Positions 44,041-54,407 of a stretch of DNA of 64,000 bases are shown here, in pieces. The translations under genes and the position numbers were made by a program. The stretch spans positions 2,432-66,431 of the forward strand of contig CAZIPL010000001.1 in NCBI GenBank assembly GCA_964541255.1, given 5' to 3'. The notes under the pieces were generated by a model, which ran no database searches, had not been told where the DNA came from, and saw nothing but the letters and a program-made list of their open reading frames with translations. Each line of letters begins with the position of its first letter. Positions within the stretch are counted from its first letter, which is position 1. This DNA comes from an uncultured Clostridia bacterium. GTDB lineage: Bacteria > Bacillota > Clostridia > Christensenellales > CAMQZB01.

Positions 44041-45369
44041 ATGGAATACATTAACGCGCAGGTAGAAAATCACGACGTTGAGTATAGTCAATTCAAAGAC
44101 AACGTCAATGAAGTGGTAACGATTCACGGCTTTATTCACAGAATCAGAGAGATGAGCGATTTTAAGTTTGTCATTTTGCGCACAAAGAGAGAAGAGGTGC
44201 AGTGCATATATTCTCACGAGGTCTCGAAGTTCGAATGGACTGACGACATTTGTGAACAGGCATGCGTATCCGTTACGGGTAAAGTCGTTGCCGACGTAAC
44301 GAGAGAGGGGCGTTTCGAGCTTCAGATTCACACAATCGACGTGCTTTCGCGTCCTGCTGAGGCGATGCCTATCGTAATCAACAAAAAGCAGCTTGACGTA
44401 CCGCTCGATACGAATCTTTCGCTTCGTCCGATTTCTTTGAGAAACCCCAAAGAAAGAGCTATATTCAAAATTCAGGAGGGCGTTCAGAGAGGCTTCAGAG
44501 AATATCTTTTGAACCAGAACTTTACCGAAATCAAAACGCCGAAAATCAATTTCGCTTCCGCAGAAGGCGGTGCGAACGTATTCAAGCTCGACTACTTCGG
44601 CAAAGAAGTATTCCTTGCTCAGTCTCCGCAGTTCTATAAACAGACAATGGTAGGCGTTTTCGAAAGAGTATTCGAAATCGACCCGGTATTCAGAGCCGAG
44701 CATCACGATACGTCGAGACACCTCAACGAGTATATCTCGATGGACTTCGAAATGGGCTTCATCAATTCGTTCTATGACGTTATGAACATGGAAACGGGTG
44801 CACTTAAATACATCATGGAGCTTTTAAGAACGGAATATAAAGAAGAGCTCGATATTTTGAAAGCCAAGCTTCCAGTAATAGACAAAATTCCTTGCATAAA
44901 GTTCTCCGAAGCAAAAGAGCTTATGATCAAGAAGTTCAAGATGAAGATAACGGACTTTTCCGATTTCGAACCCGAAGAGGAAGCAAATATTTGCAAGTGG
45001 GCTGAAAAAGAGCTCGGTAGCGAGTTTATTTTCGTAACGCACTATCCGTCTTCCAAGCGTCCTTTCTACGCGATGGACGATCCCGAGAACCCCGAAGAAA
45101 CCCTTTCTTTCGACCTTTTGTTCAGAGGAATGGAGGTTACGACCGGCGGACAGAGAATTCACGACTATAACGAACAGGTCAAGAAGATGCTTGCAAGAGG
45201 TATGAATCCCGAAGCGTTCGAGAGCTACCTCATGGCGCATAAATACGGTTTACCTCCTCACGGCGGTTTGGGTTTAGGTCTTGAAAGACTCGTAACCAAA
45301 CTTTTGGGTTATCCCAACGTAAGAAGCGGAAGCTTGTTCCCGAGAGATATCAACAGAGTAACGCCGTAA
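44041..45369 (+). CDS. aspS: Aspartate--tRNA ligase, archaeal/eukaryal-like short type (AspRS type 2)
   Basis: 442 aa with an N-terminal OB fold. Class IIb motifs FRAEHHDTSRHLNEY and GGLGLGLERL. No GAD insertion. Confidence 0.85.
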   Translation: MEYINAQVENHDVEYSQFKDNVNEVVTIHGFIHRIREMSDFKFVILRTKREEVQCIYSHEVSKFEWTDDICEQACVSVTGKVVADVTREGRFELQIHTIDVLSRPAEAMPIVINKKQLDVPLDTNLSLRPISLRNPKERAIFKIQEGVQRGFREYLLNQNFTEIKTPKINFASAEGGANVFKLDYFGKEVFLAQSPQFYKQTMVGVFERVFEIDPVFRAEHHDTSRHLNEYISMDFEMGFINSFYDVMNMETGALKYIMELLRTEYKEELDILKAKLPVIDKIPCIKFSEAKELMIKKFKMKITDFSDFEPEEEANICKWAEKELGSEFIFVTHYPSSKRPFYAMDDPENPEETLSFDLLFRGMEVTTGGQRIHDYNEQVKKMLARGMNPEAFESYLMAHKYGLPPHGGLGLGLERLVTKLLGYPNVRSGSLFPRDINRVTP

Positions 45370-45374
45370 CGACA

Positions 45375-46382
45375 ATGAACATCATTTTCGACGAGCATTA
45401 TTCGACGCCGCTCGGGATAAGAGAAACCGAGCGTGCGATAAAATTCATTAAGGATTCTTTCGAAAGGCATTTTGCTTCGGCGATGAACCTTGAAAGAATA
45501 TCCGCACCGCTTTTTGTAAGAGCCGACAGCGGACTTAACGACAACCTAAACGGCGTCGAAAGACCCGTCAGCTTCGACATTCCGTCTGTTTCGGGCGCCG
45601 AGGCGGAGATAGTTCATTCTCTCGCAAAATGGAAGAGAATGGCTTTGTATCGTTATCATTTCGGCGCCGACGAGGGAATATACACCGATATGAACGCGAT
45701 ACGTCGCGACGAAGAAGTAGACAATCTTCATTCGGTATACGTCGATCAATGGGACTGGGAAAAGGTCATCACGAAAGAGGAGCGCAACATAAATTATTTG
45801 AAGCGCACAGTAACGACGATAGTGAACGCAATTGCCGACGTTCTTGACGAAGTAAAGGAAAGGTACCCTTTTGTTACCAACGAGGTTAAAAGAGACGTAT
45901 ATTTCATTACGACTCAAGAGCTTGAAGATATGTATCCAAGCCTTTCGCCGAAAGAGCGCGAAAACGCCGTAACGAAAGAACACGGCACGGTCTTTTTGAT
46001 GCAAATAGGCGACGTTTTGAAGTCTGGCAAGCCGCACGACGGAAGAGCTCCGGACTATGACGATTGGAAACTAAACGGCGATATTTTAGTGTATAACAAA
46101 ATCCTCGACTGCTCGTTCGAACTTTCGAGTATGGGTATAAGGGTTGATAAAGAATCCCTTAAAGAGCAACTTATTAAAAGCGGCACTACCGATAGACTCA
46201 AACTTCCGTTCCATAAAGGAATTATGGAAGACAGATTCCCTCTTTCGATAGGCGGCGGAATAGGTCAATCGCGACTTTGCATGCTTATGCTCGACAAGCT
46301 TCATATAGGCGAGGTGCAAACGTCGATTTGGCCTCAGGATATGGTGGACGATTTCAAGTCCATAAATTCAAGAATACTATAA
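45375..46382 (+). CDS. asnA: Aspartate--ammonia ligase (asparagine synthetase A)
   Basis: [39 protein letters not shown]; 335 aa. Confidence 0.9.
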   Translation: MNIIFDEHYSTPLGIRETERAIKFIKDSFERHFASAMNLERISAPLFVRADSGLNDNLNGVERPVSFDIPSVSGAEAEIVHSLAKWKRMALYRYHFGADEGIYTDMNAIRRDEEVDNLHSVYVDQWDWEKVITKEERNINYLKRTVTTIVNAIADVLDEVKERYPFVTNEVKRDVYFITTQELEDMYPSLSPKERENAVTKEHGTVFLMQIGDVLKSGKPHDGRAPDYDDWKLNGDILVYNKILDCSFELSSMGIRVDKESLKEQLIKSGTTDRLKLPFHKGIMEDRFPLSIGGGIGQSRLCMLMLDKLHIGEVQTSIWPQDMVDDFKSINSRIL

Positions 46383-46431
46383 AAATATAACGACTAAACT
46401 ATACGGCGAAAAGCCGTCAAGGAAAATAGCT

Positions 46432-47838
46432 ATGGAAAGATTATTGTTGAAAGATTTATTGGCTGACTATAACGCATACGGCGGAAAAAAGGTAACCGTT
46501 GCGGGTTGGGTAAGAACGGTAAGAGACAGCAAGGCGTTCGGCTTTATAGAGCTTAACGACGGAAGCTGCTTCAAGACGACGCAGGTTGTTTTCGAAAACG
46601 AAACTCTTTCGAATTACGACAGCATCGCGGCACTCAACGTCGGCGCGGCGATAATCGTCGAGGGTGAGGTTGTGCTTACGCCCGAAAACAAGCAGCCGTA
46701 TGAGATCAAGGCGAAAAGAATCGATATCGAGGGGGAATCGACTCCAGATTATCCTTTGCAGAAAAAACGTCACTCTTTCGAGTATTTGAGAGAGATTGCA
46801 TATCTTCGTCCGAGAACGAATACGTTCAATGCCGTTTTCAAGATTCGCTCCGAGTGCGCTTTTGCCATTCACAAATTTTTCAACGAGCAAGGCTTCGTGT
46901 ATGTTCACACTCCTTTGATAACCGGTTCCGACTGCGAGGGCGCAGGCGAGATGTTTAGGGTTACGACGCTCGATCCCGAGAATCCTCCCAAAACGGAGGA
47001 CGGAAAGGTCGATTATTCACAAGATTTCTTCGGTAAACCCGCTTCTTTAACGGTAAGCGGACAGCTTAACGGCGAAACCTACGCTCAGGCGTTCGGCAAG
47101 ATATATACTTTCGGACCGACGTTCAGAGCTGAAAAATCCAATACCGCTCGCCATGCCGCTGAGTTTTGGATGATAGAGCCTGAAATCGCTTTTGCGGACC
47201 TTAAAGACAATATGGAAATGGCTGAAGCGATGGTTAAGTATATCATCAATCACATTTTCGCAACTTGCCGCGACGAGCTTAATTTCTTGAACAATTTTGT
47301 CGATAAGGGACTTATCGCAAGACTCGAAAACGTAGTAAACAACGACTTCGGCGTTTTGACGTATACAGAAGCTATAGACATTCTTGAAAAAGAGGTCAAA
47401 AAGCATCCCGACAAATTCGAATATCCCGTTTATTGGGGTGTGGATTTGCAGTCCGAACACGAAAGATTCATCACCGAACACGTTTTCGGCAAACCTGTTT
47501 TCTTAATCAACTACCCCAAGGAGATCAAAGCGTTCTATATGCGCCTTAACGACGACGGAAAGACCGTTGCCGCATGCGATCTTTTGGTTCCCGGAATCGG
47601 CGAGCTTATCGGCGGAAGCCAGAGAGAAGAGCGCTATGACGTACTTTTAGCAAGAATCAAAGAGCTCGGGCTTTCGGAAGAGGACTATTGGTGGTACCTT
47701 AACCTCAGAAAGTTCGGCGGTACGCACCATAGCGGCTACGGCTTGGGCTTTGAAAGAATGGTTATGTACGTCACGGGAATAAGCAATATTAGAGACGTAA
47801 TTCCTTATCCGAGAACGACGGGTAACTTGGAGTATTAA
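46432..47838 (+). CDS. asnS: Asparagine--tRNA ligase
   Basis: [53 protein letters not shown]; 468 aa. Confidence 0.9.
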   Translation: MERLLLKDLLADYNAYGGKKVTVAGWVRTVRDSKAFGFIELNDGSCFKTTQVVFENETLSNYDSIAALNVGAAIIVEGEVVLTPENKQPYEIKAKRIDIEGESTPDYPLQKKRHSFEYLREIAYLRPRTNTFNAVFKIRSECAFAIHKFFNEQGFVYVHTPLITGSDCEGAGEMFRVTTLDPENPPKTEDGKVDYSQDFFGKPASLTVSGQLNGETYAQAFGKIYTFGPTFRAEKSNTARHAAEFWMIEPEIAFADLKDNMEMAEAMVKYIINHIFATCRDELNFLNNFVDKGLIARLENVVNNDFGVLTYTEAIDILEKEVKKHPDKFEYPVYWGVDLQSEHERFITEHVFGKPVFLINYPKEIKAFYMRLNDDGKTVAACDLLVPGIGELIGGSQREERYDVLLARIKELGLSEEDYWWYLNLRKFGGTHHSGYGLGFERMVMYVTGISNIRDVIPYPRTTGNLEY

Positions 47839-47870
47839 GATAAAACCCGAAATATTAATATGATAGAATT

Positions 47871-47902
47871 GCCAACTGTTTTAATGACGGTTGGCTTTTT
47901 TG
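47871..47902 (+). terminator. Intrinsic terminator after asnS
   Basis: gccaactg / cggttggc stem + ttttttt. Confidence 0.75.
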
Positions 47903-47997
47903 TGAGAAGTTTTCGAAATGAGGATAAAAATCGTCGATAAATCTTTGACTTTTCGAGAGGATTTATATAGAATGGATAAGATTAAAAATTGAATTTA

Positions 47998-48042
47998 TTT
48001 GAGGTGTCGGAACACCCTCAAACAAAAATAAAAAACCGAGGT
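47998..48042 (+). promoter_or_regulatory. preQ1-I riboswitch (translational)
   Basis: UGAGG UGUCGGAACAC CCUCA AACAAAAAUAAAAAA CCGAGG. P1 is UGAGG/CCUCA. Loop UCGG (48007-10) can pair with tail CCGA (48036-39) to give the P2 pseudoknot, which overlaps the SD GAGG. Resembles the B. subtilis queC element AGAGGUUCUAGCUACACCCUCUAUAAAAAACUAAGG. Sits 9 nt upstream of queT. Confidence 0.65.
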
Positions 48043-48050
48043 ATAAAAAA

Positions 48051-48527
48051 TTGAAAATCAAAACCAAAGACATTGCATACGGCGCAGTCGTCGCCGCAAT
48101 GTACGTCGCGTTAACGCTCCCTTTGGGAAGCTTGGCGACTCAACCGTTTTTCCAGATTAGACCGGGCGAGGGCTTGTGCTTGTTGCCGCTACTTCTCCCG
48201 TCGTCGATCATAGGGCTGTCTGTAGGCTGCTTTCTCGTAAATATTTTGACGTCGTCCTTTATAGACGCACTCATCGGAATGTTGTTGACTCTCATTGCGG
48301 GACTGTTGACAAGACTTATCAAAAACCCGTATTTGGGCATTTTGCCTCCCGTTTTGATAAACGCTTTCGGCGTTCCCGTGATATATATACTAATGGGCTA
48401 CGATATGGCGTTTTGGTATACGTTTTTCCAAGTGCTTTTATCTCAAACCGTTTGGGTTACGGCATTGGGGCTTCCGATGTACTTTTTGACTAAAAAGATA
48501 CTTTTGAGCATTGGTAAGAATAAATAA
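48051..48527 (+). CDS. queT: QueT-family (queuosine-precursor) transporter, ECF S-component-like
   Basis: 158 aa, ~5 TM, TTG start. N-terminus KDIAYGAVVAAMYVALTLPLGSLATQPFFQIRPGEGL. Context of the preQ1 riboswitch. Confidence 0.65.
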   Translation: MKIKTKDIAYGAVVAAMYVALTLPLGSLATQPFFQIRPGEGLCLLPLLLPSSIIGLSVGCFLVNILTSSFIDALIGMLLTLIAGLLTRLIKNPYLGILPPVLINAFGVPVIYILMGYDMAFWYTFFQVLLSQTVWVTALGLPMYFLTKKILLSIGKNK

Positions 48528-48817
48528 AATCTTATTTTTCGTATTAAAAAATTTCTCTTAAGTATTGCGATTTAATTGCGTTTATTGCCAAATAACGCAC
48601 TGATCTTAACGTATTGCAATAATAAGAATAAACCGTATCTATAGATACTATTCGGATTCGATATATAATCGAGTCCGTTTTTTATGTAAAAAGTATTTTG
48701 CGAAATAGAAAAACCTCGCATTTTATCAAAGAAAAACGCTTTCAAAAACGAATACTTGTTCAAAGGCCTTTTTTCGAAAAATCCGTAGTACTTTTTCGTT
48801 TTTAAGTTTTCTTTGAT

Positions 48818-48846
48818 TTGACAATACGTAAGAAAAATAATAAAAT
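48818..48846 (+). promoter_or_regulatory. Consensus-like sigma-A promoter positioned for a leaderless pfkB transcript
   Basis: TTGACA (48818-23), a 17-bp spacer, then TAAAAT (48841-46). The ATG at 48855 is 9 nt after the -10 box and no SD lies upstream of it. Confidence 0.45.
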
Positions 48847-48854
48847 TTATTTAT

Positions 48855-49796
48855 ATGAGAGTACTTTGTTTTGGATTAGTATTAGTGGATTTACTCGCCG
48901 TAGGGGTAGAAAAGCTTCCGACGGTGTTCGAAGGAACGACCGCGTGCGACTATACGAAAACCGCAGTCGGAGGCGGCGCGATAAACTCCGCCGTCGCGTT
49001 TTCGCATTTTGGTATGGAAACGGATCTTTTGGGAAGAATATCCAAAGATTCGCTCGGAATAGTCGTCCGCCGCTTTTTGAGACGCACGCCCGTTCGAAAT
49101 AAGCTTATTTTCGACAGCGAGCATTCGACGGGAAGCTCTCTTGTTATAGTGTCGAAAACATCGCAAAAAACCGCGATAGTTTCGCGCGGAGCAAACGACG
49201 GAATAGTCAAAGAGGATTTCGATTCGGTGATTTTGTCCGATTACGACTGCCTTTTGGTCAACGGTTTTTTCCAATTTCCGAATATAGTCAACGACTTGCC
49301 GACGATTTTTTCAAAAGCGAAAAAGTGCGGTCTTACGATCGCGTTCGATACTGCGGGGTGGGATACAACCGAACGCTGGTTCGAGCAAATAAGGCCGTTT
49401 GCGAAATATATCGACTACTTTTTCCCCAACGAAGTTCAGGTGAGGAAATTGGGGCTTAGCGACGATATAGACGAAGCCGCAAACAACTTACTAAGCGAAG
49501 GAGTTTCTTGCGTAGTAGTCAAGCTCGGCGAAAAAGGCTGTACGGTTTATAGAAAGGGGAAAGAACCGCTTCATACCGACAGCTTCAAGGTCGATCCCGT
49601 CGATACGACAGGCGCCGGAGATTGCTTCGACGCGGCGTTTATGACTTGCAAGTTAGAGGGCAAAAGCGACAAATACGCTTCGAGGTTTGCCAACATCGCC
49701 GCCGCGGTAAATTGCACGCATGTAGGCGCTTGTACGGACGTACCCGAAAAAGCATTCGTAGAACGATTGATGAAGATTGAGGGATATAAATGTTAG
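48855..49796 (+). CDS. PfkB-family carbohydrate (sugar/sugar-phosphate) kinase
   Basis: N-terminus VLCFGLVLVDLL, C-terminus DTTGAGDCFDAAF; 313 aa. Confidence 0.8.
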   Translation: MRVLCFGLVLVDLLAVGVEKLPTVFEGTTACDYTKTAVGGGAINSAVAFSHFGMETDLLGRISKDSLGIVVRRFLRRTPVRNKLIFDSEHSTGSSLVIVSKTSQKTAIVSRGANDGIVKEDFDSVILSDYDCLLVNGFFQFPNIVNDLPTIFSKAKKCGLTIAFDTAGWDTTERWFEQIRPFAKYIDYFFPNEVQVRKLGLSDDIDEAANNLLSEGVSCVVVKLGEKGCTVYRKGKEPLHTDSFKVDPVDTTGAGDCFDAAFMTCKLEGKSDKYASRFANIAAAVNCTHVGACTDVPEKAFVERLMKIEGYKC

Positions 49797-50635
49797 TAAC
49801 GACGAAAGAGCTCTTGATAAGAGCAAAAGAAGAAAAATACGCAGTCCCCGCACTCAATGCGAACTGCCTTGAAATGTGCTTGCCGCTCATTCGCGCGGCT
49901 GAAAAGCTCAAAGCGCCTCTCATTTTGCAGCTTGGAAGACAATACTTAGGCTTCATGACGCCGAGTGAGATAGCTCCTACCGCAATAGCGCTCGCAAAAT
50001 CCGCAACGGTTCCCGTTGCGATTCACTTAGACCATGCAAAGGAGCTTTCGCCGTGTGTAGAGAGCCTTAAAGCGGGCTTTACGTCGATAATGTTCGACGG
50101 GTCGTCCTATTCGTTCGAAGATAATATTGTTCTTACGAAGAAAGTCGTGGAAGAAGCGAAAAAATATAACGTTCCCGTCGAGGGGGAGGTCGGAAAGGTC
50201 GGTCTTATCGAAACGACGGACTTAAACAACATCACCGATAAATCCACCCCCGAGGAGGTAATCGAGTTTGTTGCGAAAACGGGCGTCGATTCCGTCGCTG
50301 TTGCCGTCGGAAACGTTCACAGAATGAGAAGAAAGATAGCAAAGCTCGACTTCGAACTTATCGAAAAGCTCTCAAAATCTGTCGATATACCTCTTGTCAT
50401 GCACGGTGCGAGCGGAATTTCCGACGAAGACGTAAGAAGAGCAATCGAGTGCGGAATATCGAAAGTAAACGTTGCAACGGACTTTAACGTCGCGTTTACC
50501 GACGGCTTAAAGAGAGACGTTGCGAACGCTCCCGACGAAACTTTCCCTATGGAGTTTATGAAGACGGGAATGAAGAACGTCTATGACGTTGCGATAGAAA
50601 GAATTCTGGCGGTGAAAGCGGATGGAAAATATTAA
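49790..50635 (+). CDS. Class II ketose-bisphosphate aldolase family protein (FbaA/GatY/KbaY-like)
   Basis: AKEEKYAVPALNANCLEM, AIHLDHAK, PLVMHGASG. Overlaps pfkB by 7 nt. Confidence 0.8.
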   Translation: MLVTTKELLIRAKEEKYAVPALNANCLEMCLPLIRAAEKLKAPLILQLGRQYLGFMTPSEIAPTAIALAKSATVPVAIHLDHAKELSPCVESLKAGFTSIMFDGSSYSFEDNIVLTKKVVEEAKKYNVPVEGEVGKVGLIETTDLNNITDKSTPEEVIEFVAKTGVDSVAVAVGNVHRMRRKIAKLDFELIEKLSKSVDIPLVMHGASGISDEDVRRAIECGISKVNVATDFNVAFTDGLKRDVANAPDETFPMEFMKTGMKNVYDVAIERILAVKADGKY

Positions 50636-51479
50636 AATCGGATTTATCGGTTTAGGCGTTATGGGCTTGCCGATGTGCAATAACATAATCAAAAACGGCT
50701 TTGAGGTATTTGCTTTCGATAAGGACGAAAACGCAAAACAATCGGCGAAAAACATCGGGGCTATGGTTTTAGACGGCGCGAAAGACGTTGCTAAAAACGC
50801 AGACGTAACGATTCTTATGCTTCCTAACGGCGACATCGTCAAAAGCGTTATATCGGAAATCGCGGACGAGCTTATTTCGGGAAAAACGCTTGTCGATATG
50901 AGTACGATAAATCTTTCGTCGATTGAAAGTGAGGTTGAAAGACTCAAATACAAGGGTGTTGCCGTTCTTGACGCGCCTGTGGTCAAGAGTAAAGCCGCGG
51001 CGATTTCGGGCGATTTAGGCATACTTGTCGGTGGGGAAAAAAGCGACTTCGAGAGACTGCTGCCGCTATTTAAGACAATGGGCAAAAACGTCATATATAT
51101 GGGCAAAAACGGCAGCGGCTATATAGCAAAAGTATGCCACAATATGCTTGTAGGAGAAATCTCCGTCGCCGTTTCCGAAACGTTGACGCTTGCCAAAAAG
51201 CAAGGCTTGAATATTTCGGACTTCGTGACGGCAGTGTCTTACGGCGGCGGACAGAATTTTTATATGGACGGAAAAGCCGCTCCTATTGAAAGAGAGGACT
51301 TCACTTGCAATTTCTCGCTCTGCTACGAATATAAGGATTTGAACTTGGCAAAAGAGCTTGAAGAAAAGTCCGAGCTTAATTTGACGGGGCTTGATAACGC
51401 CTTGAATAAATATCGCGAGGGTGTCGAAGCGGGCTATTCCAAAGACGATTTTTGCAAAATCATAAAGACGATAAAATAA
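50622..51479 (+). CDS. Beta-hydroxyacid dehydrogenase family NAD(P) oxidoreductase (3-hydroxyisobutyrate/tartronate-semialdehyde-reductase-like)
   Basis: IGFIGLGVMGLPMCNNI Rossmann motif; 285 aa. Overlaps the aldolase gene by 14 nt. Confidence 0.8.
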   Translation: MENIKIGFIGLGVMGLPMCNNIIKNGFEVFAFDKDENAKQSAKNIGAMVLDGAKDVAKNADVTILMLPNGDIVKSVISEIADELISGKTLVDMSTINLSSIESEVERLKYKGVAVLDAPVVKSKAAAISGDLGILVGGEKSDFERLLPLFKTMGKNVIYMGKNGSGYIAKVCHNMLVGEISVAVSETLTLAKKQGLNISDFVTAVSYGGGQNFYMDGKAAPIEREDFTCNFSLCYEYKDLNLAKELEEKSELNLTGLDNALNKYREGVEAGYSKDDFCKIIKTIK

Positions 51480-51500
51480 TTTCTCGGGAGATAAAGCGAT

Positions 51501-52670
51501 ATGGAAGTAAAAAAGCGTCATGCGTTTTATTTTGGATTGGCGCGAATAGTATTGCGTTTACCGTTTAGAGTAGTATACGGCTATTCTGCGAAAAGATATA
51601 AACTTAAAAAAGACAAAAGCTATCTAATACTTTCCAATCACACCGCGCAAGCCGATGCGGTCATGCTTTCGCTTTCTTTCAATCGTCCGATATATTTTAT
51701 CGCGCAAGACGGGCTTTTGAAGCAAAAATACGGCAAGATTTTGTATCATATGTTTGCTCCTATCGCAAAACCCAAAGGAAAGGCGGAAGCTTTTTCGATA
51801 AGAGAATCGGTATCGGTAGTCAAGCAAGGCGGTGTTGTCGGCTTATATGCAAGCGGCAACTGTACTTTTAACGGCGTCGAGAGCGAGATAGATAGGTCGA
51901 TTGTTAAGTTTATTAGACTCCTGCGTTCCGACTTAATACTATATAACAACGACGGAATGTTCGGAATTGCACCGAGATTTTCGGCAAAAAGAAGACGCGG
52001 CAGGTCGTTTGGCTATGTTGTCAAAGAAGTGCCTTTCGAGGAAATAAAGAGTATGTCGGACGACGAATTGTATAAGCTCGTTTGCGATAATCTTTACGTT
52101 GACGCGGTGAAACAGCGTGGGAATAGGCTATATAAATCAAAGCACTCGGCGGAGTTTTTGGAAAGGGCATATTACGTTTGCCCGACCTGTAAATCGCTTT
52201 GTACGATTTCGTCAAGCGGCGAATACGTCGAATGCTCGCACTGCGGCTATAAAGCGAAATACGGCGCGGATTTGCATCTTCATACCGAAAAAGGCGAGGG
52301 CTTTTCCACTCTCAAAGAATGGGACGACTTCCAAAATGATTATATTTCAAACTATACTCCGAAAAAAGGCGAAGCGATTTTCTCCGACGCCATAAGAGTA
52401 GTCGAGTGGCACGAGGGAGAGGGCGTTCAAAACGTCACAAGAACGGCTTTTGAGGGCGGTAGAATAACTTTATATCCTGATAGATTCACGGTGGAAAAAG
52501 ACGGCGAAATCAAGACATTTGAGCTTGAAAAGCTGAAGTTCTCGTTCCAAGGCAGATGGAATCTTCTGACGTACTACGACGGCATGCAATATTACATCTA
52601 CGGCAACACTCCCTTTAACGGCGTGAAATATGTCGAGATGCTGAAACGACTTAAAGCTCTAAACAGTTGA
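51501..52670 (+). CDS. PlsC-family acyltransferase with internal zinc ribbon (paralog of 6302..7570)
   Basis: HX4D motif NHTAQAD; CPTCK..x..CSHCG. RBS gggaga; 21-nt gap to the upstream gene. Confidence 0.7.
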   Translation: MEVKKRHAFYFGLARIVLRLPFRVVYGYSAKRYKLKKDKSYLILSNHTAQADAVMLSLSFNRPIYFIAQDGLLKQKYGKILYHMFAPIAKPKGKAEAFSIRESVSVVKQGGVVGLYASGNCTFNGVESEIDRSIVKFIRLLRSDLILYNNDGMFGIAPRFSAKRRRGRSFGYVVKEVPFEEIKSMSDDELYKLVCDNLYVDAVKQRGNRLYKSKHSAEFLERAYYVCPTCKSLCTISSSGEYVECSHCGYKAKYGADLHLHTEKGEGFSTLKEWDDFQNDYISNYTPKKGEAIFSDAIRVVEWHEGEGVQNVTRTAFEGGRITLYPDRFTVEKDGEIKTFELEKLKFSFQGRWNLLTYYDGMQYYIYGNTPFNGVKYVEMLKRLKALNS

Positions 52671-52702
52671 CAATAAAAATAATATATCTTAAAATGAGTA
52701 TC

Positions 52703-52730
52703 GGCATCGTTCCGATGCTTGTTTTTTTAC
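52703..52730 (+). terminator. Probable intrinsic terminator after the 4-gene operon
   Basis: Short stem gcatcg / cgatgc followed by ttgttttttt. Confidence 0.5.
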
Positions 52731-52845
52731 TTGCTTACTTGCGGTTTTGTCACAAAATATTGGCTTATTCAGTAAGATTATATCTTTTTGAGAAAAAGAG
52801 AAAAGCATAACTTCAAGAAAATAAAATTTTGATATAGGTGTTACT

Positions 52846-54252
52846 ATGGAAAAAGGGATCAAAAGATTTATCGGTTCGAAACGTTTTTATAAAAACGCGT
52901 TTGCGATTATCATTCCGATAATATTCCAGCAATTATTCGTTTCTGTTGCGGGATATATCGACAGCTTAATGATAAACTCATATTCCGCTGCAAGCTACAG
53001 CGGAGTTTCTGCCGCAAATAGGCTTATGTTCGTATTCACTTTCGTGTTTATCGGCTTAGGCGCGGCTGCGGGGATATTCATTTCGCAGTTCTACGGAGCG
53101 GGCAATAAGAACAAAATGGTCGCGTCTTTCAACCTTTCTTGGATGATAGCGGCTGTTTTCGGACTTATTTCTTCAGTTCTTATTCATTTCTTCGGAAACT
53201 ACGTCGTAGATTTATATATCCAAGGCGCCGAAGCGAGAGCGTACGGATATAGATATTTGGAAGTAATGAAATACGGCATGGTCATTCTTGCAGTCAATAT
53301 GTCGATTTCGTCATCTTTCCGTTCTGCGAAAGAAACGGTTCTTCCGATGATTTTGGGTATTGTCGAAATATTGATTAACATCTGCTTCAACTATATCCTC
53401 ATTTTCGGACATTTGGGCTTCGAAGCTATGGATGCAAGGGGTGCGGCGATTGCGACGGTAATTTCGAGAACCGTCAGCCTTATAATTTTCATTTTCGTCG
53501 CGCAGTTCTGGAAAAAGTCTCCTTTCAAGGGCTTTATGAAGTTCCCCAAGATCGGAAAGAACCTTTTGAAGTCCTTTGTCAAACGCGGCACGCCGCTTGT
53601 CCTCAACGAGCTTTTGTGGTCGATAGGCAACGTAATGTTCGCGATGTTCTATGCATATAAGAACGACCTTTGGTATAACGCTTATGCGTATGCTCAAAAC
53701 GTTTCCGACCTATTCTTCATTTTCTTTGCAGGCTTAGGTAACGGAACAGCCGTTATCGTCGGTTCTGCACTTGGTGCGGGAGACTTCAATAGGGCAAGAA
53801 AGGACGCCGACAGACTTAAAGGTCTTGCCATAATGATGGGCGTAACTATGGGCGTTTTGATGGCGCTTTTGGCTCCTCTTGCAATGACGATGTTTAAGCC
53901 CGACGCGGCAACGGAAGAAATCTCCGTCGCAGTACTTAGAATAACGGCGATATTCGTAACGCTTTATGCCTATAACTCTACGTGTTTCTTCATACTTCGT
54001 GCGGGCGGCGATAGTATAAGAGCGTTCACCCTCGACCAAGGACCTACCTATCTTGTCAGCCTTCCGATAACGATAGTCCTCGGAATCAACGCCGCGTCGT
54101 GGGGCTTGACACTTCCGATTTTATACGCGATTTCGCATATTTCCGACATAGTCAAATTCTTTATGTCGAACGTCTTTGTTAAGGCGGAACATTGGGTTGT
54201 CAACCTCACCGAAAAAGCAAACGACGATATAATAGAGGAAGTAGGAGCATAA
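52846..54252 (+). CDS. MATE-family efflux transporter
   Basis: 468 aa, ~12 TM. N-terminal pattern FAIIIPIIFQQLFVSVAGYIDSLMI is typical of MatE. Confidence 0.85.
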   Translation: MEKGIKRFIGSKRFYKNAFAIIIPIIFQQLFVSVAGYIDSLMINSYSAASYSGVSAANRLMFVFTFVFIGLGAAAGIFISQFYGAGNKNKMVASFNLSWMIAAVFGLISSVLIHFFGNYVVDLYIQGAEARAYGYRYLEVMKYGMVILAVNMSISSSFRSAKETVLPMILGIVEILINICFNYILIFGHLGFEAMDARGAAIATVISRTVSLIIFIFVAQFWKKSPFKGFMKFPKIGKNLLKSFVKRGTPLVLNELLWSIGNVMFAMFYAYKNDLWYNAYAYAQNVSDLFFIFFAGLGNGTAVIVGSALGAGDFNRARKDADRLKGLAIMMGVTMGVLMALLAPLAMTMFKPDAATEEISVAVLRITAIFVTLYAYNSTCFFILRAGGDSIRAFTLDQGPTYLVSLPITIVLGINAASWGLTLPILYAISHISDIVKFFMSNVFVKAEHWVVNLTEKANDDIIEEVGA

Positions 54253-54407
54253 AAAAGGACCTATATTTGTTCGTAAGAGAGGCTAATCTTTCAAGCGAAG
54301 TAATGCAAAGAGTATAGCTGTGAGGTAATAAAACAATTCTTCGGTCGCCTATGGTGACAGCTCTGACAAAAGTGAGCTTATTGATAAAACATTGTCATCA
54401 TTTGTTG

